Counted from the first letter of the stretch, positions 29,152 to 41,836 are shown. The stretch: 64,000 bases of DNA from Ministeria vibrans ATCC 50519 (GCA_943704425.1 CALSCP010001674.1:173357-237356); one strand, 5' to 3'. Notes: a model not told the origin generated them from the sequence alone. Numbers and translations are program-made.

Positions 29152-31112
29152 TTACTTCTTCCTTTCTCCCAATTCTTCCAACAATTTCACACTCAAAAAC
29201 AACGCTCGAGGCACGTGAAAACACCCTGGAAAGTGAAAGAGTTCAAAGGAAAGATCAAAAGGCTTAAAAATAATAATAACTAATATTCATTGTTTACCTT
29301 TGTAGGGTCCACCTTTGAACCTCTGATTGACAGTTCCGTCGCGAGTCAAATAGCCAAACCACTCTCCACCGCCCAAACCAGACGCAACGTCAGACTCATC
29401 AGTGTCGTTTCCAGTCGAAACCGGTTTGCTTACGGTCCCTTTGGGGTCAGGGAAGTGGCGCATAGTGTACTCGGACACCTACAGACGACATTGTTTAGTC
29501 AGGGTTGGAATGAACGAAATGAGTATTGACCAAGTTAAGGAATGTCATTAGAGATCGTATTAAAAATGAGGGTTAAGGTTGGAGTTGTCAATAAAGCCAC
29601 CAATGTTACTTAATATAGGTTTCGAGGATGGTTAGGGTTAGGGTTGGGGTTAGGGTTAGGGTGGTACCATTTCAAATTTGCTCCACCAGTGACGCAACTG
29701 CTCGTCATCCTCGCTCGCCCGACAACACATCAGAGTCGCAACCATTCCTTCACAATGTGCCCACCACAACTTTTGTGACCACTCCAGAAAAATCGAACTT
29801 TTTCCGGAACTGTCCAAGAAGGAAAAAATTCCGCCAAACTTTTTGTCCCAACCCTAAAAGGTTTGGATTCTAATAAGAGAGAGAGCGCGCGCGACAAAGC
29901 TCAAAAAGAAGGGAACAAATATACCGCTTCAAAAGACCATTTGCACAGCTCCATTGCTCGCTTTGCGAGTGCGAGATCATTTTGAGAGTGAGCATAGTCA
30001 AGAAGGAACCAGCTGGCCTCAATGGAATGGCCCGGGTTGTGATGGCGGCCACTGCTGCTGTCCATGCGGCGCCCTAGGGAAGGGAGGGGGGGTGCACATG
30101 CGAGTTGTCATTAGTTGTCATTACGAACAAGATTATCAATTAGGGTTAGAGTTCGGATCAGGGTTAAGTTTCCTTTCAATTTTTGGCATACCGTCTCCAT
30201 CGAGTGTCTCAAGCACCAGTTGGAGATCGTCTTGCGCGTGCAACAGAATTTCGTCCACACACGCTTTGGCCTCTGTTGCGTAAACTGGCTCGTTCGCTGC
30301 AATTTGCAGTTCCATAATCAAATTCTACATGGAGAGAACGAGACAACAGCAACACAAACACGCGGGTTAAATTTTAAAAGATTCATAGAGATGCAGTGGA
30401 ATCCAATGTCGAGGGGTACCAGCATAATCATTGGGACTCCCAATGGCATTGTTTTTGCACCAAAGCTTTCTTTCGCAAAGGGCATTCCGTCTTTGGCCCA
30501 TCCGCAAATGCGACGAAACATTACATGTGCGCGAGCCATGTACGCGGCTGAGTCGTCAGGAGCACTCTGCGCGACGCACCGCGAGTACTCACTCATCGCA
30601 ATCACATAGAAGCACTCACTGAAAAGTCTACAGACAACTCATTACAATCATGAAACAAATGTTGTGCGCCGTACTTTCGCTGAAGAGATCCCGGAGAGCC
30701 ATCTTCATTGACGGAAAAGTAGGCGCGTCCAGAGTCGCTGCAGACGCAGTACTTGACCAGAAAGTCTTCAATAATGCGTCGGATTGATAAATACGATTGT
30801 GCTGATCTCACAATTGGACTGGGTTTTACCTGCGCCCAGTTTCGCCGCATCCAGCATTGCTGGCGTTCGGAATCGCTCGACATCATTGTACAGCTTGGAG
30901 ATCATCCACACCTGGCGGCCCTGGAGCCACACGTGCTTGGTGCGGTCGAAGACGGACCCATCGCGATCAAGATTGTTGTAGTAGCCGCCGTGCGTCGTGT
31001 CCAGCGAATGGCGCATCCAAAACCCAACGACATCGTCCAGGTTGGCTGAAAGCTCCTTGATCCACCTTTCACGCTTGTCAATACTCACCATGGAAGAATA
31101 TTTGTGTGTCAT
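29152..31112 (-). CDS. RENBP: N-acylglucosamine 2-epimerase (AGE/renin-binding protein family); multi-exon
   Basis: FWMRHSLD..HGGY..LDRDG.VFD.TKHVWLQGRQVW; SECFY; NPGHSIEASWFL; GWDKKFGG; LEWSQKLWWAHCE; GEWFGYLTRDG..FKGGPYK/GCFHVPRALF; stop TAA 29154-29152. Confidence 0.9.
29570..29661 (+). repeat. Interstitial telomere-like (TTAGGG)n in an RENBP intron
   Basis: GGTTAGGGTTAGGGTTGGGGTTAGGGTTAGGG at 29630-29661; degenerate copies near 29570 and 30140-30168. Confidence 0.85.
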
Positions 31113-31229
31113 GGAAAGAAGAACGAGAAAAGCAAAAATGCCAAGTTCACTCTCTGAGGATCAATCAAACAAAAGATCATCATCTGATCATCATTTTAAT
31201 CAACTTCTTTTCTCTCTTTCGTTTTTGAT

Positions 31230-31535
31230 ATGACCTATTGTCGTCCGTATGGTCGGCTAGGGTCGTGTGCAGACGTACCCTCTCGCATGGACGGCGCTGG
31301 CGCTGTTGGTCTCTCCTCGACGCAAAAAACGCGCTTGGAGAGCATCCTCACGTCGCCCTACACCATCCACAGTTGCATGTCGTGCGTACCCTCCCTGGAC
31401 ACCACGTCGCCCATCGAAATCGTCAAGCTGGTCGCTCAGTTTCTGCGCGAGCAACTTCCCGTTCACGTCGCGCTCATTGGAGGCGCTGCCGCCTATGTAG
31501 CACGCACCGACATCGACACCGACCCGTCCGAAAAG
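31230..31535 (+). CDS. First exon of a TENT5/FAM46-like non-canonical poly(A) polymerase (rest absent)
   Basis: LSSTQKTRLESILTSPYTIH..VPSL..PIEIVKLV..LRE..VALIGGAAAYV parallels the FAM46 pattern LNWEQVQRLDGIL..IPIH..FPTL..IVKVV..L..VRLNGSAASHV; donor AAG|GTACC. No DLD catalytic exon found downstream. Confidence 0.6.
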
Positions 31536-32005
31536 GTACCTTCCTCCACTTTCCCTGCGGTGCACCCCTCGTTTGATCGCTCTCCATAAGTAATTGTGGG
31601 ATGTTTCAAAAAAAAAAAAAAAAAAAAAAGGGTCAGAATATACTGTAAAAGAAAGGCAATGTGGGTGGTCAAGGAGGGGTTGGAGGGTGGTGATTCAGGT
31701 GCCAAGGGGGCGTAGGAGTCGACGCACTGCGCAAACAAACTCACACAAAGTTTGTAACGAAAAGAAAAAGAAAAAAAATCCTCAAACGAAAAAAAAATGC
31801 CGGTTTAAGCAATCTACGAGTGAGCAGCGGACGGTCATAGTCCCCTTTAAGCAGCGGTGGCCAAGGAGCCCCCGATGAAAGAGCATAAAGCTCAGCAGAT
31901 TACGGTAAAAACGGAAGTGCAAACAAAAAAAAAAAAAAAAAAAAGGAAAGAGATGTAACTCCCAAGAAATTGGACGGGAGGCGGCAGGAGAGACAGCAGA
32001 CATAC

Positions 32006-32191
32006 CGGGCGGGTGAGGAGGTGCCAGTCTTCGGGCTCGGGGGCCTGTGCGTCGTCCTTGATCTTCTTGACGAGCTCCAGAGTGTACGCTTTGACGTACT
32101 GCGTTGTGAACGTCACACACACGCTCTTGATGAGCTGCGCCAGCTCTTCGCGAGTCTCGGCGTCGATGGGAGAAGACAGCAAGAAAGCCAT
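32006..32191 (-). CDS. First exon of a Niban/FAM129-like protein (rest absent)
   Basis: MAFLLSSPIDAETREELAQLIKSVCVTFTTQYVKAYTLELVKKIKDD..WHLLTRP|GTATG resembles the Niban N-terminal helix (S.LD....FS..Y..QY..A...V) that precedes the PH domain. Confidence 0.5.
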
Positions 32192-32236
32192 GGTGTGTTT
32201 TTGAGGTGAATTTGAGTGGCTGATTATTTGAGTACT

Positions 32237-32263
32237 TTGACTCAATTGACTCAATTGACTCAC
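32237..32263. promoter_or_regulatory. Three tandem AP-1/bZIP-like TGACTCA sites upstream of the Niban-like ATG
   Basis: TTGACTCAA TTGACTCAA TTGACTCAC with a 9-bp period; the function is inferred. Confidence 0.4.
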
Positions 32264-33144
32264 CGCCTTGTGACTTGTGAGCTATGGAAAGGGTTAGTCG
32301 ACGGCACAAGAGGCGGATCTGCGCAAGGAAGACCTCATTCTCTGCGTCCACACTCTTGCCGAGATCATATGCTCCCTGGGACGCAGAATGAATGACAATA
32401 ATCGTTGGTGATCGTGCGCCAACCCAAATTCAACCCAGATTCCGTCATGTACGCCAACGGCCTTGAGTATAGTGTATACCCGTCTCCGCAGTCACTTTGT
32501 CGCACATCTCGCCCCACTGTGTGAAGTGAATGATCAAGCGCCTGGGAATGATCACACACCTGGATCTTAACTAACCGACAACAAGGTTAGCGTACTAATT
32601 GTGTATCCCTTGTCTATGCGCCTGTACTGAGTGAGTGTACTCCCAACAAGCGTTCGCGAATCGCGATGCCGATCATGTCCCAGTGCACTCAATACTTTCA
32701 AATAACGTGATAGAGAGAGAGAAGAAATAACTCAACTGATTGAGTTAATCGGATGTTAAAAAATAATAATAATAATAAATAATGGGAGGGATCACTATTA
32801 TTTCGTATGGAACGCCTTTTTCGTCTATTTGAGTTACAGTCAGTCAGCCATTTAAGGTCCGCATCTTCTGTATAAGTTCATAAGAACGATAACCGGCTTT
32901 TGTGCACGACTCGATCAAAAATCGGTGTTTTGGGAATGTTTTGGTGTGCGATTTTTTTGCCTGTGAATGGGCTTTTGGGTGAAGAACGGAAGATTGATGA
33001 AACGCGAAACCCGGCAAATGGAAACATCAAAAATCCATATGAATTAATTCTGGTCACTCCCAAATATTATTCCTTGATTATTTTTATTTTTTCACTTCAA
33101 TTTCATCTTTTGAAACAAAACAAAATCCCCAACTCCAACACACA

Positions 33145-35270
33145 ATGGCCCCTCAATCGTACGATAAATTGTACCACCACGAAGAGCCGGATCCTCCGGC
33201 CTGTGAAGAACTGGAGGCAATCGAGCTGGATGACCTCACGTCAATGTCTGTTGTGGATGACTTTCCCACACCGCCCCAAACCGTCCACAGCAGCGTCACG
33301 GATCGTCCTATTCGTCTCTGGGTCGCTGGTACATTCTGCTGGATCGCCGAGGCATTCCAGTACGCTTTTGTTTTTTGAAACTGAAACTCACAAGCTGTGG
33401 GAATAAGCGCGCGCTCCTTTCTCATCCCAACTCAAAAAAAAAAACGCCTGTAGACTCAGCGCTCCCTTCGCCTTTGCCGCCTTCATGGTTGCAGATCTGT
33501 CTGGGATCCCTTCGGGTAACGTTGGTCTTTTCGCCGGCCTTCTTTCGGTGCGAATGCAAAGCAGAGAAACGACGACCCAAATTCGGCAACGTGTAACCTT
33601 CTCGTCGCTATAGGCATCCGTCTTTGCAGGAATCATCTTCTCCTCGTACGCCTGGGGCTGTCTCTCCGATCGTCTTGGCCTGAAAAACTGCATAATCTCG
33701 TGCATGGTGATCACATTGGTTTTGAACGTCGCCTTTGGATTCTGCAAGTAAGGAGGTCATCCCATTTTTCAAAACAACACTTCCTCACTTTCGTTGTCTC
33801 TCTTCTCCCTCGCACATTAATCAATGTCGCTTACAGAAACTATTGGGTTGCCGTCGGCATCCGCTTCATCTCGGGCCTGGGCTCTGGCAACCTGGCCATG
33901 ACCAAAGCGCTCGTTGGACAACTGACGCCGCCTCCCCACCGCAACATGTCCATGGCCGTGCTCAACGGTGCCTACAGCCTTGGATCAATCCTTGGTCCTG
34001 TGTTTGGTGGACTTCTCGCGCGCGCCTGCCTGCAGTACCCGGGTACCTTTGGTGAAATTGCCCTTCTCCAAGAATTCCCCTACCTCCTCCCCCAAATCGC
34101 CAGTGCCACCGTGATCGGCATTGCCATGATACTCGTTGTGGCCCTGATGCCTTCAAAGAAGGCAGCCGATGCGCAGATGGCTGCCATGCGCGCACACCAA
34201 GACGCCATGTTCAACACCTGCAAAATGCAAGAGATCGACTCACGCGAAACAGCTCTTCTCGAATTGGAGGCTCTGCACGCACCCACATCTGCGATGATGC
34301 TTCTTCATGTCGAAGAAGACAGCGGTCACATCGAAGAGCTGTCTACAGAAGACAGCGACGCGCAACAGCTTCTTAACAAAGCCGGCGACAACACATCGGA
34401 CTGCGCTCAAGTCGAACCCAAGCGAGCGTCTCGCTTCGCCTCACTGCGCTCCCTCCCACTCCTTCCGGCCATCGTCTACGCTCTCATGTCGTTTATGTAC
34501 GTCATGATCGACGAGACACTGCCTCTCTACCTCTCAGCGCCTTTGGACTCGGGTGGTCTTAAAATGCGCCCTCAAACCATCGGAAGTGTCTACGGAATCA
34601 TTGGTACACTCACCGCTCACCTTTAAAATCAATTCTGAAGCTTTGTGTGTGTGTGTGTGTGTGTTTTATGTATGTTTTAGGGGTTGGAAATCTCTTCACA
34701 GGTCTGATCCTGTTCACTTTTCTCGAACGAAAGTACACTGTAACAGTAAGTTTGTACAACTCAAATGTACATAGCGCATGTTAAACTTTTATTCGTCTTG
34801 TGCATCCCCAGACAATCTGTAAAATGGGGCTGGTCATGAACATTGTGGCGATTGGGCTTCTGCCAACACTGCATATTGCGGCAAAGGAGGCTGAAGGGGC
34901 TATGTGGAGTGCGGTTGTCATCATCTCCCTTGTGTATTCGATGGGTCAAGGGCTGGGCTTCACGGCAGGAATGGTGTTCGTGACGAACGCAGTGCGGAAT
35001 GCACAGATGGCGCGGATGAATGGACTCACGATGATGCTGACAGCGGTGGCGCGGACGGTTGGGCCTCTCATCTCGGGCATGGTGTGGAATGTGGCGCAGA
35101 AGCAAATGATGGGCAAGATGACTGGATCGTTGTTGTGGGCGGTGCCCTTTTTGATGCAAGGACTCATTGCAATGGGGGTGTTTTGTGCGGCATGTCGGTT
35201 GAGCAAGACTCTCAACTACCCTGCACCTGAAAATGATGAGAAGCCACCCAAAAGTGCCAGTGTTGTGTGA
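33145..35270 (+). CDS. Major facilitator superfamily transporter (12-TM, DHA/ZIFL-like); multi-exon
   Basis: MFS motif A WGCLSDRLGLK; RFISGLGSGN; LGPVFGG.LA; EFPYLLP; ARTVGPLISG; many hydrophobic helices. Confidence 0.85.
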
Positions 35271-35955
35271 TAACGGAGAAGAGAGAGAGAGAGAGAGATG
35301 TATGTATATCTTTTTAAAAAAATTCTTATACTTCTGTATCAAAAGAATAATGTATAATATCTTCATTGTATTATTTCTTCTCTGGTAAGCTTTTTTCATT
35401 TATGCCTATATTCTTAGGCGGTTTTGTTGTCGCTTTTGGTTGTGTGATTGATAATAAATTGGAAATGTCTTCTTCTTCTTCATTTACTCCATTCCCCCTC
35501 TTGTTTATCGCGCCAACCGCCACATTCCACCACAGCCGAGCTCCTCGAGCTCCACTTGCTACTTCTTCATCACCTTCTCAAAATCAATGAAGAAGCGTTA
35601 TGTTACTATAGTGTATACTCAATACTCCGAACAAGGTCATGTACGAAATGTGAACACTGCACAAAATGTGAACAATCCAATAAATAAAACATACTAAATC
35701 GCCACAGAGCGCCCCATTAACCACTTTAGTCAGATTTTTTCCCAAATCTGTCGGTCTTCCTTGGAGCAGTACCTATGGGATGATGGTAATTTGTATGACG
35801 AAAAGGGGCTCACTGAGACAATTTCGACGAAACCCCGTTGAAACCCCCGCCTCCTTTTTCGCTTTGTCAGCGGTGTTGCTCTGACACACAGCGCTGTATT
35901 ATAGACTGAAAGTCTTCTGTTGACTTGTATCAACGAAAGGTTACTTGAAAGTTAG

Positions 35956-36595
35956 TTAAAAGGGCCCGAGCTCACAATCATCACCTATGTATCCATTCGT
36001 GCATGAACACTCATAAGAGCCAACTGAAATCAAAAACACAATGCAATCAATCTTAGAACACCACTCAGTGCCTCCTTACCTTGTGCCTCAGAGCAACTTC
36101 CGCCGTTCTGACAGGGTAACGAATCACATTCTGTCACGTCGGATTCACATTCACTGCCGGAGTATCCACTGACACACGTACAAGTGTACGAGTCCGTAGC
36201 ACTCTGACACACTCCTCCATTCTGACACGGTGACGAATCACAGGTAGGCAACGCTTGGTCGCACAGTGCTCCAGTGAAAAAGGCGGCGCAAGAGCACACA
36301 AACGAATTGCCTTGCAGCGAGCATGCCGCGCCGTTTTGACACGGTTGCGACGCGCAAGAGCCTAGAACCTGTGCTTCCATTGCTAGTATGCGCGCTAGGA
36401 TCGGTGAAAGAAGACTGTTCATCTCGCTTTCGGTCAAAACGCGCTCGCTGTTAACAAAAATGTCACGGCTCGAAAGCACGCTTCTATTCTCCGCTGGCGA
36501 CATTATGAGGTCGCCATCGGTATTCCAAATGGAAGCGTCGTTTGAGGCGAAGGCAGTCGCCGTGAAAACAAGCGTCAGAGCTGCGATGTTGCGCA
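35956..36595 (-). CDS. Small secreted paralog of the 8.3-11.1 kb gene: cubilin-N-like segment, short coiled coil, 3 EGF repeats
   Basis: MRNIAALTLVFTATAFA; IWNTDGDLIMSP..IFVNSERVLTESEM; CASQPCQNG, CDSSPCQNG, CDSLPCQNG; spliced last exon VGSYECSCTNGYIGDDCELGPF*. Confidence 0.75.
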
Positions 36596-36995
36596 TTATA
36601 TCAAAGCGCTTGTGAAAGGGACAATCGAGCGAAACTCGCCCTTTGTGCAAAGGATGAATAAATATTAATGATCAAAAGGAAGTTAAGTTTTTGCGACTTA
36701 TGAGTTACGAGGTCACCATTTCTAACGTAATGACGGTACTTGCACACTGGCGAGTGCCGAGTGGCGAATGTGTCAGCGGTTATAATATGAGTCAAGTCTT
36801 TTTTCATTCATTCCAGCTCTATCTCGCCACCCCGGTCCCCGGATTTAACAGAGAACTGGGTATTGAACGATACCTCATACCTTCGTACGGAGAAGCACGG
36901 AGTAGTCATTCTTGTTTTCGCGCGGTGACTGTGATTAATACTGATTATCTCGATTCAACTCATTCACTTTTGTTTGTTTTTGTACGTAATTAAGT

Positions 36996-38715
36996 ATGCT
37001 TTCGACCGCTACCCGACGCTTTGCGTTGGGGATGCGCATGTACTCGTCTGGATGTCAGTCCGCGGAAAGTGCTACGAAACGCAGCAAAGCGCCTCAGTCG
37101 GCGTACCGTCCATCACCCTTGCCCTCAGGTACCCTCGTGCCCCGTCCCCTTGCCTCGCCCGCACTCACCTTGTCCATCTGCACCCCCTCCCGCCGATGCA
37201 GTCGCTGATTCGGACGAGAGTCTCCTGAATCGCATTGACGGCGTCAATCTCGTGTCGGACCTTTGCCTTTCGGCTCTCACCGCTAAATACTGCCAGCAGC
37301 AACGCTTCGACTCTGCTCAGCAGCTTATCAAGATTGCCGAGGCCCTTGTCGCGGACAAAAAGGACGGCGAGGGGCGCCGCCAACGCAGATTCATGGTGGG
37401 TGCGCACCACGCATTGATTGCGGGACTGTGCACGCACGGCCGCCTCGACGAGGCCTTCTCATTAGCATCGCACACCATCCGGAAGGACCTCCCGCTGAGC
37501 AGCGAGGTGCGCTCGCGTCTCGTTGACTGCTTCATCAATGAGAATCGTCTCGAGGAAGCCATCTTTGCCACGGGAGTGTTCACACGACCAAAGCTTACGC
37601 CTCTGTCGCTTCCCATCATGTTCAAGCTGTACACAACCACCGCCAAGCTAGGCAATGCCGATGCAATCGATAGCCTCAACGAAGCGCTGCGCGAACGAAC
37701 TGTCAAGCGGTCGGAGGGCAACCGGAAAAGCATCCAGTTCGCCTTAGACTTGCTCGCCATCACCGATCCCACCGAAGGCGCCTCCTTGATTGCAAATGCC
37801 AACGGAAACGACATCATACTCACACCACACCTGTGCGACGCAATTGTTCACACACTTATCCGGCTCAACCACCCCATGGCTGCCGGCGTGCGGCTCATCC
37901 AGTGGCTTGGAAACCAGAATGCGCACTTGTACGTGCCTCAGTCCACCTGCTGGGGTCTCGCGCGCGTCCTCTTTGGTCTGGGCATCACCGGACTGCCCGT
38001 GCGTCTTCTCAAACTTGCCCGTGACTCATTCATCGAACAGCACGCGTCCACTCCAGTGCCCTTTACGTCTCTCCGGCACATCCAATCGCTCATTAAAGTC
38101 ACGTCCATCTCTGGCAATGGCTCTGCCCTTCTCAGTGTTGTCGACACATTTCTCATTCCCCGTCTCTCCCAACTCCCCGCACAGTCCCGCCACCGCCATC
38201 GCAGCGTCAACGCCCGCATCGAACCTTTCCTCGCCTGTGCTCACCTACGCGACCCTCTCACCCTCGAGTCGCTCCTTAGTCGCGGCTCGGTTCTCTTTGA
38301 CCCGCTCACCGACTCGCCCCGTCTCACACGCCACGTCCTTGCCGCCAGCATTCGCTGCAACACCCCCGACACCACGCTCTCCCTTCTCCTCACCGCTCTC
38401 CCCCACTTTCCTCCTTCACTCGCCCTCCTCTCTCTCTCCTCTGCTCTCCCTTCTTTCTCCCACTCCACATCACACCTTTCCTCTCTCATCCACTCTCAGT
38501 CCCATCTCAGCCTCACTGACCCCTCCGCTCTTGCTCCCATTCTTCGCTCCCATCTCTCCAGTCTGTTTCCCGCTCAAAATTCCTCTGAGCTCTCCTCCGC
38601 ACTCACTACTCTCCTCACAACTCCCGCTCCCTCAGACTCACAACGCTCTCTCTGTCTCTCTCTTCTTACTTCGCTCACTTCTTCCCAATTAACTGTACAA
38701 TCAAATGAACATTAA
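36996..38715 (+). CDS. Probable mitochondrial PPR/helical-repeat protein; 2 exons
   Basis: Presequence-like MLSTATRRFALGMRMYSS; intron about 37129-37201; PPR motif HHALIAGLCTHGRLDEAFSL and a degenerate neighbouring repeat. Confidence 0.6.
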
Positions 38716-38744
38716 AAATTATTATTATTAAAGTCCTCTTTGTA

Positions 38745-39214
38745 TTACACATTGGAACTGTGAAGAGTGTCCAAATCCAAATCAGTTCGCTCAATCGGTT
38801 CAAAATCGTCCTTTTCCTCTCCTTCTTCCTCCTCTTCTTCTGAGCTGTTCTCTGAGATGCAGTCCTTGTGCGGCTGATCGGAGACCACTTCGAGCGCATC
38901 ACCACTCAGCACAAGCAACAAATACGCCTAAACAGAGAAAAAAATTGAGTGAGAGGTTGTTAGACCCCCCTATTGGGTGTCAACTAATTTCTTACCGAGT
39001 TTCTTCCTTGTGAGTCAATGACGGCCGTACGATCAAGTGAGTAGCACGACAGCAGATTCCCTCCCAACGCGGCCACATGAGCGCGCAGAATCGCAAGTCC
39101 CTCCATCATTGCCACATGTACAAAGGAAGACTACAAAATAGATTACAATCAATATTAAGCATTAAGAACACCAATCAAGCACTAAACACATACACACACA
39201 CACACACACACACA

Positions 39215-39272
<58 letters not shown>

Positions 39273-39714
39273 CACTTACGAGTCCTCCTGTGTCGCGCAC
39301 AGACGACCCAGTCGATTCTTTGATCACAAACTGGGTGACATGACCGAGGAAGCGGGTGACAGACCATGAGCCTTCGCTGCAGCTGGTGATGATGACACGA
39401 CGAATAGGCGGAGGGGTCGAGGTAGTCGCAGTTGAGAGGAGCGCCTGAGAGGTGCGTTGGGATGATGCGTGCGCAAGTGAATGCGGATGATGGTGCTGAG
39501 GGGTCTGTGGGAGGGACTGCGTTGCGGTGGGCGGTTGTTGTGACGAGTGTGAGTGTGAGCGTGTCGTCTGAGGTGTGTTGGTTGCGTTGGTGTTTGTGGT
39601 GCTCGTAAGACCGTCGCTTCCCTGTCGCGCGTGATGTCGTGCAAAACTTGCGCTCGTCTGTTCACCATCGACAGAAGTGGTATCATCAAGCTCAAACTGC
39701 AACTGAAAAGGGGG

Positions 39715-39757
<43 letters not shown>

Positions 39758-41620
39758 AGAAACAAAGTGATAGAGAGAAAAACAAAGTGATAGAGAGAAA
39801 AACAAAGTGATAGAGAAAAAACAAAGTGATAGAGAGAGAGGGAAAGAGAGAGAGAAAAAAAACAAAGTGATAGAGAGAGAGAGGGAGAGAGAGGTTGAGC
39901 GTGTATGTGGTACGTCGTCACTGGTCGCTGAGTCGTGTGAGAGTAGACGACGACGGGCAGAGCGAGGATGGCCGGAACGGGCGAGAGGGTGGAACAGCGG
40001 CGCAGGCGCAGCCGATGAAATGCCCGGCGCCAGATACGCAAGAAGATTGGCTCTATTACATTAAATTAGAAAACAACAAATTAGTGTACAAAAAGAGACG
40101 GTCGAAACATCGAAAGCGTTCAAATTACCTGTTCTCCATTGACACATTGGGTGGGAATGTGAGAGAGACTGCACAAGTTGCGACAATGTCAAGCGCACCA
40201 GAGTCTAATTAAATGAAGGTTTGTTAATAGATATCGCGTTTAATCCTTTTGACGGTACCCAATGAGAGTTCATAGCGAAAGTTTGAGAGAGAGACGGGCC
40301 ATAGAGGTTTGAGCTTGAGCCAAAAGGACTGATGAAGAGAGTTACAAGCGTCGCTAAGCTGACGGGTGAGCGACATTGGCGAAGGAGACGCAAAGGTCAC
40401 ACGACTGTGAATAAGAGAAAAGATGATGATTGTGTGAGTGGTAAATTGAGCCAGTGTATGATTGTAGTGTGTGAAATGGTGAGTGAGCGACAACGAGAAC
40501 AGTCAGTGCGACAAATGATTGAGTCACAATGAGTGAATGAGTCGTCACAATGAGTGAATGGGTCAGCAAATGGTTGAGTCACAATGAGTAAATGATATGA
40601 GAGGACGGCAAGTCCGTTGCAGTGCGACAGATGGGGCAGAGATCCAGTTGGTTGTAAGAGACGTACTGGAAAGCAGTGAGTTGCTGGACATGCACTGGCT
40701 TGCGCGATCCTCCCACATCGCCCGGATGAGCCTCGCACGAACTGAACAGCACTGACTCGTCCGGAATCGCATCAAAAAGCAGTGCCTTCAAGAACCAAAG
40801 AAGAAAAAATTAGAATGGCAAATAGTGCACGTCAAACAACGGACCAATTGCTCTTCGTCTGTTTCGTCGTCGATTTCAACAATAAAAGCCGTGCGCGACT
40901 CATCTTCTTCAGGACCCAAATCACCACCGTCACTCTCACCAGAGCTACACAAAGAAACAAAGTGTGAGTTGGAGAGCTGCTTCGTGAGTGCGACTCAATC
41001 AGAAAACAAGTCGAGAGTCAGGCAATCTCTGCCAGTGTGTGTGTGTGTCTGTGTCTATAATGACCTGCTTGACGCATCATCGTCTCTGTCATCCCCAGTC
41101 CCGACAGGTGACCCTGACACAGCCCGTACTCGTCCATTCGTCACTCGTTCAACTTGCATTGCCTTCCACGCGCTAATCCGACTCCTGCCACAAAAAGTCA
41201 CACACACACACACAAACCACACAAATGAGTTATTCCAACTTTTATTTCTTCTCTCTGCTCTTAAACTGGTATGCCTCTTGTGTTTACCGATTTGACTCGC
41301 TTTGTTCTTCAACGCGTCTCTTCAGTTCCAGCTACAAAAAACGAAAAAAAATCAGCAAAATCGATTAAAAAATGCACAAAACGATCAAGTTCTTACAATA
41401 TTCTCATCGGTTGTGTCCACATTGGGCGAAATTCGCACAGTGGATGGCATTGGAAGGGCAGCAACAAGCATCTACAGACACAGTGAAAACACAAAGATGA
41501 GACACACACAGAGACAGTAAGAACACACAGACACAGTACAGACACAGACACAGACAATACAGATGCAAGACAGTGTCCAACTGCGATTGGGGTGACAGCT
41601 CAACAGTGGTAATAAAACTC
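38745..41620 (-). CDS. C2CD5: C2CD5 (KIAA0528)-like protein, 3' part only; multi-exon
   Basis: Exons read VTRFLGHVTQFVIKESTGSSVRDTGGL / SSFVHVAMMEGLAILRAHVAALGGNLL / AYLLLVLSGDALEV, matching the C2CD5 C-terminus (KYLG..FFIRETT..GGV..RAHVAALGGN..VSGDAV); stop 38747-38745. The 5' C2 domain is not present. Confidence 0.75.
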
Positions 41621-41659
41621 ACTCACACACACACATACACACACACTCTCTCTATCACT

Positions 41660-41750
<91 letters not shown>

Positions 41751-41836
41751 ACTTTGTTTCTTTCTCCCTCCTTTCTCTCTCTCTCTCAAACTTTCTCTCT
41801 CTCTCTCTCAAACTCTCTCTCTCGTTCTTTTTGTAC

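Noticed and set aside
32281-32640. Possible esterase-like remnant (DYCHSFCVPG)
   Set aside because: One short motif followed by a stop; cannot be supported.
35480-35940. Extra TM-encoding exons for the small EGF gene
   Set aside because: An in-frame TAA follows CELGPF, and no convincing spliced frame could be built.
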